From Deinococcales bacterium (lineage in GTDB: Bacteria; Deinococcota; Deinococci; Deinococcales; JAAFIG01), in NCBI GenBank assembly GCA_043778225.1, contig JAYWGM010000015.1:1-64000 (forward strand): a stretch of 64,000 nt of DNA, written 5' to 3'. The translations under genes were made by a program, and so were the position numbers. The notes below the pieces were generated by a model, which saw only the letters and a program-made list of their open reading frames with translations, had not been told where the DNA came from and did not search any database. Of the stretch, positions 1 to 9,382 are shown in pieces. Within the stretch, counting starts at the first letter, position 1; every line of letters begins with the position of its first letter.

Positions 1-468
1 TGCGCTTACCCCTTGTACTCGTAACGCGCTACCAGCCGCAGGAGCAACAGTCCCACTTGGTTGTGGTTTGACCTCGAGACTCGAGTTAGACTCAAAAAGC
101 ACAACACCCGTCTCGTCATCCACACCAGAAATGCTAGTGGAGTACGTGCTGGGCAACATATCTTTAATCTCGAGAATCGGTGTTTCTTCGGCAGCTTGTC
201 CATTCACAGAAAGCAACCGCAACCGACTTTTAGATTTTACTGTAAACGCTCGAGTTACAGCCGCATTGGGAACTTTAGCCACAAAATCAGCATTTGGTTT
301 TACAATCACCTCAAGCGAATCCACATTCGCATCAAGGTTATCCAAAGCAATAAAAGCAGTAACCGCTTGATTAAGGTCAACAGGTGTATTCTGAGGGGAA
401 GCACAACCACTAAGCCATAGTGGAACTATAAAGGCGAAAAGAGCGTATTTTAATCTGAATGGTTTCAT
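1..468 (-). CDS. Putative lipoprotein, N-terminal part (runs off the window's left edge)
   Basis: Manual translation from ATG at 468: MKPFRLKYALFAFIVPLWLSGCASPQ..., with a hydrophobic signal and LSGC lipobox. Open to base 1, GAGG upstream. Missing from the ORF track because there is no stop in the window. Confidence 0.75.
   Translation of the reverse strand, partial: MKPFRLKYALFAFIVPLWLSGCASPQNTPVDLNQAVTAFIALDNLDANVDSLEVIVKPNADFVAKVPNAAVTRAFTVKSKSRLRLLSVNGQAAEETPILEIKDMLPSTYSTSISGVDDETGVVLFESNSSLEVKPQPSGTVAPAAGSALRVQGVSA
13..268. repeat. Direct repeat copy 1 (256 bp), partner at 1073..1328
   Basis: Ungapped manual alignment at offset 1060 gives 18 mismatches in 256 bp. Confidence 0.95.
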
Positions 469-507
469 AATGTTACCTCGGAAAGAAAGATGGAAAGGAT
501 GAATGAA

Positions 508-909
508 ATGAAGAAATACTTTTTACTGATACTTATGTTTTTACTTGTTGCTTGCGCTCCTGAATTTAGTGACGTGACATTAGAGGTTCAAATGCTGAAA
601 AAATATACAAAAGAGGAAGTTTTTGATATTGCATATGGATCAAGGTCAGGGTACAGAAATACAAGCCAGATAAATTTCCCAATTTTCAATAACTTTGAAA
701 AACATACAAATATAGTGAGAAATCGGTACCTGATAGAAAATTACTATATGTATATCTATATTCTCGAAGATATAGAGCTAAAAGTTACCTTATATAGAAG
801 TAAAATAATTTGCGGGCAATACATTCTCAAATACAAAGAGGGTAAAGTACCCGAAAGAGACCCCGGTAGGTCACGTGAGTTTATTGTTGAATGTAAACCA
901 ACCAAATAA
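508..909 (+). CDS. AT-rich hypothetical lipoprotein
   Basis: MKKYFLLILMFLLVAC is a classic lipoprotein signal. Visibly AT-rich and contains no CTCGAG. Confidence 0.7.
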   Translation: MKKYFLLILMFLLVACAPEFSDVTLEVQMLKKYTKEEVFDIAYGSRSGYRNTSQINFPIFNNFEKHTNIVRNRYLIENYYMYIYILEDIELKVTLYRSKIICGQYILKYKEGKVPERDPGRSREFIVECKPTK

Positions 910-916
910 TTTTTCA

Positions 917-1366
917 TCACCCCACCTCGAGCCTTAAATCTTTTGAGGAATCTGCAACACTTGCCGTAAAATTCAAATCCGTTGCATCTGACGGTATCGC
1001 TACGCGAACCTGAACAGCCGTAGAAGCCCGCTCGAGTTCCACCAAGCTCGTGTTCGGTGTTGCATTCCCACTTTGTACTCGTAACGCGCTACCAGAGGCA
1101 GGAGCAACAGTTCCAGTAGGTTGTGGTTTGACCTCGAGACTCGAGTTAGACTCAAAAAGCACAACACCCGTCTCGTCATCCACACCAGAAATACTTGTGG
1201 AGTACGTGCTGGGCAACATATCCTTAATCTCGAGAATCGGTGTTTCTTCAGGTGCTTGACCGTTCACTGAAAGCAAACGCATACGACTTTTAGATTTTAC
1301 TGTAAACGCTCGAGTTATAGCCGCATTGAGTATTGATTTATATTGTCGGTCACTATTTCTTTGCAT
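917..1366 (-). CDS. Truncated paralog (or pseudogene) of the 1..468 lipoprotein
   Basis: Shares about 85 aa (NAAxTRAFTVKSKSR...GSALRVQ) with the 468-start ORF but lacks the signal peptide and stops after 149 aa. Confidence 0.55.
   Translation of the reverse strand: MQRNSDRQYKSILNAAITRAFTVKSKSRMRLLSVNGQAPEETPILEIKDMLPSTYSTSISGVDDETGVVLFESNSSLEVKPQPTGTVAPASGSALRVQSGNATPNTSLVELERASTAVQVRVAIPSDATDLNFTASVADSSKDLRLEVG
1073..1328. repeat. Direct repeat copy 2 (256 bp), partner at 13..268
   Basis: See copy 1. Confidence 0.95.
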
Positions 1367-1661
1367 GAATTCCTTTTGGCAGACTTTAGTTTGTGCATTG
1401 AGGCACTAACTCGGCTAGTGTACTCGAGCGAAGTTTGTGTTTTGGGTATTTCGTCACACCGGTTACTTTTTTGATGTAGGATTTGGAAATAATGCCATTA
1501 TTTGTGCCAACCAAGTTGTTACTGGCTGCTGGATTGTAACTTGTTTTGTATACGCTACTGACCAAACCTAGACCGACAGGAACTGGCGGGACGAAAAAAG
1601 TTTAAGCACCGACCTTAAAACACGACTTGGCAACTTGGTCACAGATGTCGCCAACGGTACT

Positions 1662-2618
1662 TCAGAGCAGTTTATTGCTTTTGTACCATTCCAGCGTCTT
1701 GGCAAATCCAGTCTCGAGACCCGTACTACAGACCACCCCTAAATCTGATTCAATCTCCGAAACATCGCAGACCCAACCGGGAGAAAGTAAATCCTTTTGG
1801 CGCGATTTATTGATCAATCCAACCTGTCCAAAAAACCGCCCCAGTTCTCCAGCCCTGGCAGCCACCTCGAGTAAACCATTGGGCAATTTAACTGGATTAA
1901 ACGGCTTTTGAAAAAGTTTTGCCAGTGTCTCGAGAATTTTGTTGTACGAAACTGGCTCGGAATGACCAGCAAAGTACGTTTGACCAACAGCTTTGGGGTG
2001 TTGACCACAAGCGATGATGGCTGATACCAAATCGTGAACATAGACCAGCGTGTATGCCCTTGTTGGATTGCCCAAAATCGGAAAGAACCCGCGATTGGCA
2101 GCCTGAAAAGCAAATAAAAAATCTTTATCGCGCTCACCATAAACCCCCGGTGGGCGTAAAATACACCACTCAAGATTTGGCGTTTCTCGCACCCGAATTT
2201 CGCCCTCGAGTTTACTCTGCCCATAGATCGTGATTGGTGCGGGGGTATCCGAAATTTTGCGTGGGGATAAAACAGTACCCGTGCCAGCCGCCGCCAGACT
2301 CGAGACATAGACCAGCCTTGCCCCAGTCTGCGCCGCGCCAATTGCTGCGACTCTTGTTCCTTCGGCATTTGCCCACATAAATTCGGCTTCGGTATTGCCT
2401 CGAGTAATTCCCGCCAGATGGTAAACCACACTGCAACCTTGGGCGGCTCGAGTCAGTCCTTGGGCGGTTAATGGGGCGGCAAAAACTTCTAGGTTTGCTC
2501 GAGGCTTGGGTTTACCGCCGTTGGGACGTGCCAGCACCCGTACACGTTGCCCGCTTGCCAGCAGAGTATCTACAAGGTGTGAGCCGATAAAACCAGTTGC
2601 GCCAGTGATTAAATTCAT
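1662..2618 (-). CDS. NAD-dependent epimerase/dehydratase (extended SDR)
   Basis: ITGATGFIG Rossmann motif, YGQSK (YxxxK), VYHLAG. Confidence 0.9.
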   Translation of the reverse strand: MNLITGATGFIGSHLVDTLLASGQRVRVLARPNGGKPKPRANLEVFAAPLTAQGLTRAAQGCSVVYHLAGITRGNTEAEFMWANAEGTRVAAIGAAQTGARLVYVSSLAAAGTGTVLSPRKISDTPAPITIYGQSKLEGEIRVRETPNLEWCILRPPGVYGERDKDFLFAFQAANRGFFPILGNPTRAYTLVYVHDLVSAIIACGQHPKAVGQTYFAGHSEPVSYNKILETLAKLFQKPFNPVKLPNGLLEVAARAGELGRFFGQVGLINKSRQKDLLSPGWVCDVSEIESDLGVVCSTGLETGFAKTLEWYKSNKLL

Positions 2619-2622
2619 GGGG

Positions 2623-2844
2623 TTACTCTACCGCATTGCTAAAAATAATCTTGTGCTGCATAAATTGTTTTGGGAATTCCTCGAGATACAATATTGTGGC
2701 TTCTTTTAGGTTGGCAACCGCTTCTTGCACAGTTTCGCCTTGGGTTGTCGTACCTGTTTCTGGATTAAAAGCGATAAAGCCACCTTCTTCGGCGGGAGTT
2801 AAAACTGCTGTGAGTAACACAAAAACCTCGCTTTTTTTTATCAT
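2623..2844 (-). CDS. HicB-family (UPF0150) small protein
   Basis: EEGGFIAFNPETGTTTQGETVQEAVANLKEA matches the HicB N-terminal pattern. No adjacent hicA seen. Confidence 0.8.
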   Translation of the reverse strand: MIKKSEVFVLLTAVLTPAEEGGFIAFNPETGTTTQGETVQEAVANLKEATILYLEEFPKQFMQHKIIFSNAVE

Positions 2845-3455
2845 TGCCTTGAGACGACTGAAACTTGGAAGCCGATAAACTCTTTCATGATTTGTGCCGC
2901 CATAAGCTCAATCGATTTAATATTGAAATTATACTGACCTAGAACGGTAGCATCCGGAGTGAATCGAAGATATGTTTGGTTGGTTTGTTCACTAGAAATG
3001 ATCTCAAAAGCGCCAATTTGGTGTCCTTGATGAAACAATACTTGGCTACATTGACTATTCCATATTGTTTTGAGAAAAAATTCAGTTGAGAAAGCGTTCA
3101 CCACTGCAAATCCCATGTTACAAAACCGAGAAACATCCTCTGTATGCCATGTGGTTATGCGACAAACACACAATTGAGTTGTAACTATTTGAGCAAGTGA
3201 TACCTCTGCTTTTGACGACTCTAAACTCAGTCCAGCATTGTATGTAATTTCGACAGTCCTTTCGGCAACACGTATGTCTAGCTTGGTACAATTCCCTTTT
3301 TTGAATTCATCAATGGCGTGCCAGAGAGTATTGAGAATGAGCCGATCATAAACGTCTTGGGATTTTGCAATATACATTCCTGACCTTTGACGCATTCCGT
3401 CTAATTGTTTAATGCTTCTTATATCTGGCAGAGGAATTGGTATTTGAACATTCAT
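2841..3455 (-). CDS. Stand-alone, degenerate GyrB/ParE N-terminal (GHKL) domain protein
   Basis: LDGMRQRSGMYI resembles LEAVRKRPGMYI; GFAVVNAFS resembles GVSVVNALS; TYLRFTPD resembles TxVxFxPD. Start placed at MNVQIP (204 aa). Confidence 0.7.
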   Translation of the reverse strand: MNVQIPIPLPDIRSIKQLDGMRQRSGMYIAKSQDVYDRLILNTLWHAIDEFKKGNCTKLDIRVAERTVEITYNAGLSLESSKAEVSLAQIVTTQLCVCRITTWHTEDVSRFCNMGFAVVNAFSTEFFLKTIWNSQCSQVLFHQGHQIGAFEIISSEQTNQTYLRFTPDATVLGQYNFNIKSIELMAAQIMKEFIGFQVSVVSRQ

Positions 3456-3495
3456 AAAAAAGTATATCGTTTTTGAGTTTAACTTTTTGTTAAAT

Positions 3496-3885
3496 CTAGC
3501 GCGTCTCGAGACCAAGTAAAACTCGAGCATGAAGCCTTAAAACTGTAGCTGCATTTTGAACGGCTTCGGCTTCTTCAATGGTTGGGTCGTCCAGCTCACT
3601 TGGGTATCGGGCTGGAATCGAAACCGCATTAATGAGACGTGCAGCTTTTATTTCAGGGCTACTAGAAAGTATTTGCGGTGAAACCATTTGTACCAACTCA
3701 CGCAGATTATGCGAAAGCGGCGGGTCAATTCCTTGAAAAAACAAGACGGCTTTCAAATACTTTTCGCTGGATTGTTGCAACAAGTACACAGCCGTATGAG
3801 GTGAATCTTTCATTAACGTTCCAGCAGCCACAAATTCTTCCTCGGCAAAACGTACCCAACGTGTGTAATCGCCTGAATTAGCCAT
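3496..3885 (-). CDS. HEPN domain protein
   Basis: W..FAEEEF, LLQQSSEKYLKA, SHNL, ARYP pattern of MNT-associated HEPN. Start overlaps the MNT stop. Confidence 0.85.
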   Translation of the reverse strand: MANSGDYTRWVRFAEEEFVAAGTLMKDSPHTAVYLLQQSSEKYLKAVLFFQGIDPPLSHNLRELVQMVSPQILSSSPEIKAARLINAVSIPARYPSELDDPTIEEAEAVQNAATVLRLHARVLLGLETR

Positions 3886-4216
3886 ATAAAACAATGCCTT
3901 CTTGGGCTACTCGCCGTGCCAGAACAGAATCTCCTGCTTGGTAATGCTCGAGACTCATGGGAACAAGGTCAACCGAATATGGTGCATTCCAAAAAACGCC
4001 GTCAGCCTCAATGGCAGCATTTAATAAAACTTGGCGTTCTGTGGTTGGTAAAAGCAATAGTAAATCCAAATCGCTGTTTGGAGTTTGTGTTCCTCGAGCC
4101 ACACTGCCAAATACCATAATTTTACTTGCACCACTGACCAAAGCAACTTTAGCAGCAATCGAACGCAATTCCTCGAGACGACTCGGAGGTGCAATTCGAT
4201 GCAATACTTGGTTCAT
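3878..4216 (-). CDS. Minimal nucleotidyltransferase (MNT)
   Basis: FGSVARG...SDLDLL...VDLV motifs. TAGACT 7 nt upstream of the ATG. Confidence 0.9.
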   Translation of the reverse strand: MNQVLHRIAPPSRLEELRSIAAKVALVSGASKIMVFGSVARGTQTPNSDLDLLLLLPTTERQVLLNAAIEADGVFWNAPYSVDLVPMSLEHYQAGDSVLARRVAQEGIVLYG

Positions 4217-4281
4217 GCTTTCGAGTCTACAAGATTTTGTCTAGCCTAGCGAATCTCGAGTTATGGCAGTAACATATCTAT

Positions 4282-7200
4282 ATGTCCGATAACCCCGCAA
4301 CCTTAACCCATAATCTCGAGCAATCCTTAAAACCTAGGCGCTTTGCCCATTTGCACCAGCACACGCAGTACAGCTTACTAGACGGGGCGGCTCGAGTTAA
4401 AGACCTGCTCAAATGGGTCGCTAAAACCAGCCCAGATAATCCAGCCCTTGCCATGACCGACCACGGCAATATGCACGGCGCAGTCCAGTTTTTTAAGTAT
4501 GCCAAGGAGGCTGGAGTCAAACCAATCATTGGTTACGAAGCCTATGTTTCGGCTGGCTCGAGGTTTGACCGTATTCAGCGCCGTGATGTGGATGGTGGCT
4601 ACTATCATTTAACGCTGCTGGCAAAGGATTTTAAGGGTTATCAGAATTTGTGTAAGCTTGCCAGTATTGCCTATCTCGAGGGGTTTTACCAAAAACCACG
4701 TATTGACCGCGAAGTGCTGGCTTTGCACCGTGAAGGGATTATCGCCATGAGCGGTTGCCTTGGCGCAGAAGTGCCAAATATGATTCTCCACGACCGACTC
4801 GAGGATGCCGAAGCGCGATTACAGTGGTACTTGGCGACTTTTGGCGATGATTACTACATTGAAATCCAGAACCATGGGCTGCCCGAGCAGCAAAAAGTCA
4901 ATCCAGTCCTGAAAGCATGGGCAGCCAAATACGGAATCGGAATGGTTGCTACCAACGATGGACATTATGTGCGCCATGAAGATGCGTATGCCCATGAGGT
5001 GCTGCTGGCAATTCAAACCAAAGCGCTGATGTCCGAAGAAAAACGCTTTAAGTTTAGCTGCGAAGAGTTCTATGTCAAAACTCAAGCCGAGATGGAAAAT
5101 CTGCTTCCCTCAAGTCAATGGGGCGACGAAATTTATGACAACAGTTTTTCAATTGCCGAAAAATGCAATCTCGAGTTACCGATTGGTTCAAAGCGCGTTT
5201 ATCAAATGCCAGCCCTGCCGATTCCAGACGGGCGCAGCATGGCAGAAGAACTGCGGGTACAAGTTTACCGAGGCACAATGCAGCGCTATCCTAAGGAATT
5301 CACGCTCGAGTTGCTGCAAGAATACGCCACCCTATCGCTGGAGAAACTAGACCCTGCAACTTGTGAAAATGTCCTGTCCCGAACCGTAGGGGCGGGCGAC
5401 CCTGCCCGTGAGGTGCGTGTATTGGGTCAAGACAGGCTTGCCTCGCCTTTGCCCGAAACGTTGTCTGCCTCGCCTAATACGCCAATGCTCGAGGCTGGTG
5501 CAAATCAGGGCGACCACAAGGGTCGCCCCTACGAAAAACAGGTTCAAAACCTGAATCTCGAGCAAATTATTTTATTGCTGGCTTTTGTTGGCGAAATTTG
5601 GCTCGAGCAGTCCAAAGACCGAAAATACACCCAATATCTGGCGCTTGACCAACTCGAGGCAGACCCCGAAATGGTGGCAAAACTCGGGCAGAGTTTGGTG
5701 GTTTTGCGCCGTGCCGAGTACGAACTTGGTGTGATTATCCGCATGGGTTTTCCAGATTACTTTTTGATTGTGGCAGACTTTATTAACTGGGCAAAAGACC
5801 ACGGCATTCGCGTCGGTCCTGGGCGTGGTTCGGGGGCGGGTAGCCTTGTGGCGTATGCGCTCAAAATCACCAATCTTGACCCCATCGGTTACGGCTTGTT
5901 GTTCGAGCGTTTTTTGAACCCCGACCGTGTCTCGATGCCAGATTTCGATGTGGACTTTTCGGATTCACGGCGCAACGAAGTGATTAATTATGTGCGCGAT
6001 AAATACGGCGACGACAAAGTGGCGATGATTGCGACCTACGGAACAATGTCCAGCCGTGCTTGTTTTAAGGACGTGGCTCGAGTCTTGGAGTTGCCGTATG
6101 CCGAAGCTGATAAACTCAGTAAACTTGTGCCAGTTGTCTTTGGCAGGGCGCTCAGTTTAGAAGATGCCGAAGAAGCTGTACCGGACATCAAAGCAATGCT
6201 CGAGGCAAACCCAGCCACCCGTAAAGTCTATGAAATCGCCAAGAATTTGGAAGGTCTAACCCGCCACTCGAGTATCCACGCTTCGGGTGTGGTGATTGGG
6301 CGCGAACGGCTCGATAACATTGTGCCACTGATGCGTGGTGGCTCGGACGAAGGCGTGGTCTGTCAGTACGACATGAACAGTGTCGAGGACATTGGTTTGA
6401 TCAAAATGGATTTTTTAGGCTTGCGGACGCTTTCTTTTCTCGAGGAAGCAGTGCGGATTATTAAAGAATCTAAAGGGGTCAGCCTTGAGCCAGATGATTT
6501 TCCGTTGGATGATGCCAAGACTTACGATTTGGTCTCGAGAGGCGAAACCAAAGGGGTTTTTCAACTCGAGGGCGGTGGCATTACCGATGCGGCGCGTAAA
6601 CTCAAACCGCGTCGGATTGAGGATATAAATGCCCTCTCGGCGCTCTATCGTCCGGGTCCAATGGATAACATTCCAGCTTACATCGAGCGCCACCACGGGC
6701 GCGAACAAGTGCGCTATGACCAAGGCGAGTTTAACTTGCCAAAATCAGAGCCACTATTGCGCCCGATTCTCGAGGAAACTTACGGCATTCCAGTCTACCA
6801 AGAGCAAATCATGCAGATTGCCTCGGCTGTGGCTGGTTATACGCTTGGACAAGCTGATTTGCTTCGCCGGGCGATGGGCAAAAAAAAGCTCGATGAGATG
6901 GAAAAAGAACGGGTTAAATTTGTGGCTGGCGCTAAAGCTGTTCATTCCATTCCTGAAGACGAATCAGCCCGCCTTTTTGGTATTCTCGAGAAGTTTGCCA
7001 ATTATGGATTTAATAAATCTCACAGCGCCTCTTACGCATTACTTTCATTTCAGACAGCCTACATCAAAGCCCATTTCCCAGTCGAGTTTATGGCGGCGCT
7101 TTTAACCATTGAGCGCCGAAACTCCGATAAAGTCGCCGAATACATCGCCGACGCACGGCAAATTAAACTCGAGGATGGGCAACTGATGCAAGTCTTGCCG

Positions 7201-8340
7201 CCAGACATTAACCGCTCGAGTACCGATTTTAAGGTTGTGGGCGAACAAATTTTGTTTGGCTTGTTTGGGGTCAAATCGCTTGGCGAAGAAACCGCCATCG
7301 CCATTCTCGAGGAACGCGAACGGGCTGGAGTGTTTAAGTCCTTAGCCCATTTTTGCTCGAGAATGCAAGCCACTGGCTTAAATAAGCGCTGGGTCGAATT
7401 TTTGGTCAAGTGTGGTGCGTTTGATGTCTTTGGCACTCGAGAAGCGCTGCTCGAAAGCGTTGAGGAAGCAATTGAATACGCCAATGGGCAAGCCGACATG
7501 AATTCCCAAGGCATGGACAGTTTATTTGGCATGGCAACGATTGCCCCTGAGCCAAAATTAAAAGTTATCCCACAACCCACTGACGACGAAGAATCTCGTT
7601 CTCGAGCCATTGCCCGTTTACAATTTGAGAAAGAAGCGGTTGGCTTGTACATCTCGGGGCATCCGCTTGAGCATTACCCCGGAATGCTCGAGGCGGCTTC
7701 TTGTAAGGTCGCGCACTGCGAAGTCTGGTTTCACACCTCGAGCGCCGCAGTGGGCTATCGTGGGCGCAAACGGGCGGTCTTGGCGGGCATGATTAGCGGC
7801 GTGCAGCGTAAACCGACCAAATCTGGCGGCATGATGGCGCGGTTTATTCTGACCGACGATGCTGGGGCTGCCGAACTGGTGGCGTTTAGCAGGGCTTACG
7901 ATAAAATTAACGACAAGTTAATCGAGGATTCGCCGGCGCTGGTGGTGGTCGAAATCGAACCCGACGGTGAAGACGGTGTGCGCGTCACAGTCGAGGAATT
8001 GCTGCATTACTCTGAAGCCAAAGAAATGCCAAAAACCCTAGCCCTCGAGATGAATTTAGATTCCCTCGAGCCAAGTATGTTGGCGCATCTGGACGAAATG
8101 CTCCAGATGCAGGATGGAATCGCCAATATCCCGATTCATTTGCGCTTACTTGGCAACGATGCTTTTGAGATTTGGGAACTGACCCATAAAGCCTCGGATG
8201 CAACTTTGCAGCGCCTAAAACTCGAGTGTCCGTGGCTCAAAGTCGGCATGGGCATCAGCGGCGAAGCGGTGTTGGCTAAAACCATGCCACCAAAAAAAGT
8301 ATGGGAAGGAAAGCCTAAAATGGCTCGAGTGGAGAACTAA
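4282..8340 (+). CDS. dnaE: DNA polymerase III subunit alpha
   Basis: PHP domain HLHQHTQYSLLDG, GPGRGSGAGS, SMPDFDVDF, KMDFLGL, C-terminal OB fold. Confidence 0.98.
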   Translation: MSDNPATLTHNLEQSLKPRRFAHLHQHTQYSLLDGAARVKDLLKWVAKTSPDNPALAMTDHGNMHGAVQFFKYAKEAGVKPIIGYEAYVSAGSRFDRIQRRDVDGGYYHLTLLAKDFKGYQNLCKLASIAYLEGFYQKPRIDREVLALHREGIIAMSGCLGAEVPNMILHDRLEDAEARLQWYLATFGDDYYIEIQNHGLPEQQKVNPVLKAWAAKYGIGMVATNDGHYVRHEDAYAHEVLLAIQTKALMSEEKRFKFSCEEFYVKTQAEMENLLPSSQWGDEIYDNSFSIAEKCNLELPIGSKRVYQMPALPIPDGRSMAEELRVQVYRGTMQRYPKEFTLELLQEYATLSLEKLDPATCENVLSRTVGAGDPAREVRVLGQDRLASPLPETLSASPNTPMLEAGANQGDHKGRPYEKQVQNLNLEQIILLLAFVGEIWLEQSKDRKYTQYLALDQLEADPEMVAKLGQSLVVLRRAEYELGVIIRMGFPDYFLIVADFINWAKDHGIRVGPGRGSGAGSLVAYALKITNLDPIGYGLLFERFLNPDRVSMPDFDVDFSDSRRNEVINYVRDKYGDDKVAMIATYGTMSSRACFKDVARVLELPYAEADKLSKLVPVVFGRALSLEDAEEAVPDIKAMLEANPATRKVYEIAKNLEGLTRHSSIHASGVVIGRERLDNIVPLMRGGSDEGVVCQYDMNSVEDIGLIKMDFLGLRTLSFLEEAVRIIKESKGVSLEPDDFPLDDAKTYDLVSRGETKGVFQLEGGGITDAARKLKPRRIEDINALSALYRPGPMDNIPAYIERHHGREQVRYDQGEFNLPKSEPLLRPILEETYGIPVYQEQIMQIASAVAGYTLGQADLLRRAMGKKKLDEMEKERVKFVAGAKAVHSIPEDESARLFGILEKFANYGFNKSHSASYALLSFQTAYIKAHFPVEFMAALLTIERRNSDKVAEYIADARQIKLEDGQLMQVLPPDINRSSTDFKVVGEQILFGLFGVKSLGEETAIAILEERERAGVFKSLAHFCSRMQATGLNKRWVEFLVKCGAFDVFGTREALLESVEEAIEYANGQADMNSQGMDSLFGMATIAPEPKLKVIPQPTDDEESRSRAIARLQFEKEAVGLYISGHPLEHYPGMLEAASCKVAHCEVWFHTSSAAVGYRGRKRAVLAGMISGVQRKPTKSGGMMARFILTDDAGAAELVAFSRAYDKINDKLIEDSPALVVVEIEPDGEDGVRVTVEELLHYSEAKEMPKTLALEMNLDSLEPSMLAHLDEMLQMQDGIANIPIHLRLLGNDAFEIWELTHKASDATLQRLKLECPWLKVGMGISGEAVLAKTMPPKKVWEGKPKMARVEN
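5385..5533 (+). repeat. GTAG-type REP doublet (REPIN-like) in frame within dnaE
   Basis: Terminal inverted repeat CGTAGGGGCG...CGCCCCTACG. Right hairpin GGGCGACC-ACAAG-GGTCGCCC; the left hairpin is interrupted by a 39-bp element. Confidence 0.85.
5397..5435 (+). mobile_element. 39-bp mini-element, single copy inside the REP in dnaE
   Basis: CGACCCTGCCCGTGAGGTGCGTGTATTGGGTCAAGACAG, 37/39 identical to the reverse complement of 34909..34947. Confidence 0.85.
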
Positions 8341-9375
8341 ATGAAGCCACCTCGAGCCAGCCTGAGTTTACGAACCGTACTGGTGTTGTTTTTGACTGCC
8401 CTGACGCTATTCCCAACAGTCGGTGTGGCTTTTTCGTTGATATATTCTGGACAACTTCGCTTTGAGCCTTGGCTGCTGATTTGGGTGGTTGCCCTGACCG
8501 TTTTTTCGGTGGTGGTTGGTCTGATTGCCGCCAGTACCCTGCTTAAACCACTTTTTGTGTTGCGTGATGAACTTAAAAAACTTGCCAATCGTCAAGAGCG
8601 GCTTGCCAGTCTCGAGATTGATGCAAGCAGCGAGCATCCAGTCGAGGTGCGAACCCTACGCCAAGCCTTTGCTAATCTGCTCGAGGCGCTGCGGACCGAA
8701 AACCATAAGCGCGGTGCATTTATGGCAACGCTGGTGCATGACCTCAAAACCCCGATTATTGCTGCCAATCATGCTTTAAGTGCGATCGAACACAACGATA
8801 ATTTATCTCGAGCCGAGCGGGTTACTTTGGTCAAGAGCATTCAACTCGAGAACCAAGCCCTGCTGACTTTGGTACAAAAAATGGTCGATGCCAACCGTTT
8901 TGAACGCGATGATGTGGTGTTACAACTCGAGCCAGCCGATTTAAGAAGCATTGCCGAAAGTGTGGTGCAAAGACTTTTGCCACAAGCCCAAGAACGCAGC
9001 ATCGCGGTCAGTCTCGAGGGCGAAGGTATGGCATTGGTGGCACGAAAAGAATTTGAACGAGCGCTGCAAAATTTACTCGATAACGCGATTCGATATGCCC
9101 GAAGCAGCGTACAAATTCGGCTCGAGAATGCCCGAATGACAGTTTCGGACGATGGCGCTGGACTGCCAGACAGTTTAGAACAACTCTGTAAGCCGTTTAA
9201 CTCCGAGCGGGTGCTGATGGCTGGGCGCGAATACACCAGTGGTACGGGCGGCTTGGGGTTATTTATTGTTTACCGCATTGCCGAGTTGCACGGTGGGACG
9301 CTCGAGCATTTACCCACCCAATCGGGGGCTAGTCTTTCGATTAGACTGCAAAGTACAACCAGTGTTGTATCGTGA
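8341..9375 (+). CDS. Sensor histidine kinase
   Basis: Two TM helices, HAMP-like linker, LVHDLKTP H-box, QNLLDNA N-box, DDGAG, GLGL. Confidence 0.95.
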   Translation: MKPPRASLSLRTVLVLFLTALTLFPTVGVAFSLIYSGQLRFEPWLLIWVVALTVFSVVVGLIAASTLLKPLFVLRDELKKLANRQERLASLEIDASSEHPVEVRTLRQAFANLLEALRTENHKRGAFMATLVHDLKTPIIAANHALSAIEHNDNLSRAERVTLVKSIQLENQALLTLVQKMVDANRFERDDVVLQLEPADLRSIAESVVQRLLPQAQERSIAVSLEGEGMALVARKEFERALQNLLDNAIRYARSSVQIRLENARMTVSDDGAGLPDSLEQLCKPFNSERVLMAGREYTSGTGGLGLFIVYRIAELHGGTLEHLPTQSGASLSIRLQSTTSVVS

Positions 9376-9382
9376 GGGTATC

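Noticed and set aside
13..1328. 256-bp repeat pair as a DGR template/variable repeat
   Set aside because: The 18 mismatches involve all four bases and are mostly synonymous rather than adenine-specific, and no reverse transcriptase is present in the window.
1370..1660. Possible ncRNA in the long spacer
   Set aside because: Only short direct repeats (ACTTGGCA/ACTTGGTC) are present, with no family motif I can support.
5385..5533. DnaE insertion as an intein
   Set aside because: It is too short, lacks a C/S start and HN-C/S/T end, and is explained by DNA palindromes.
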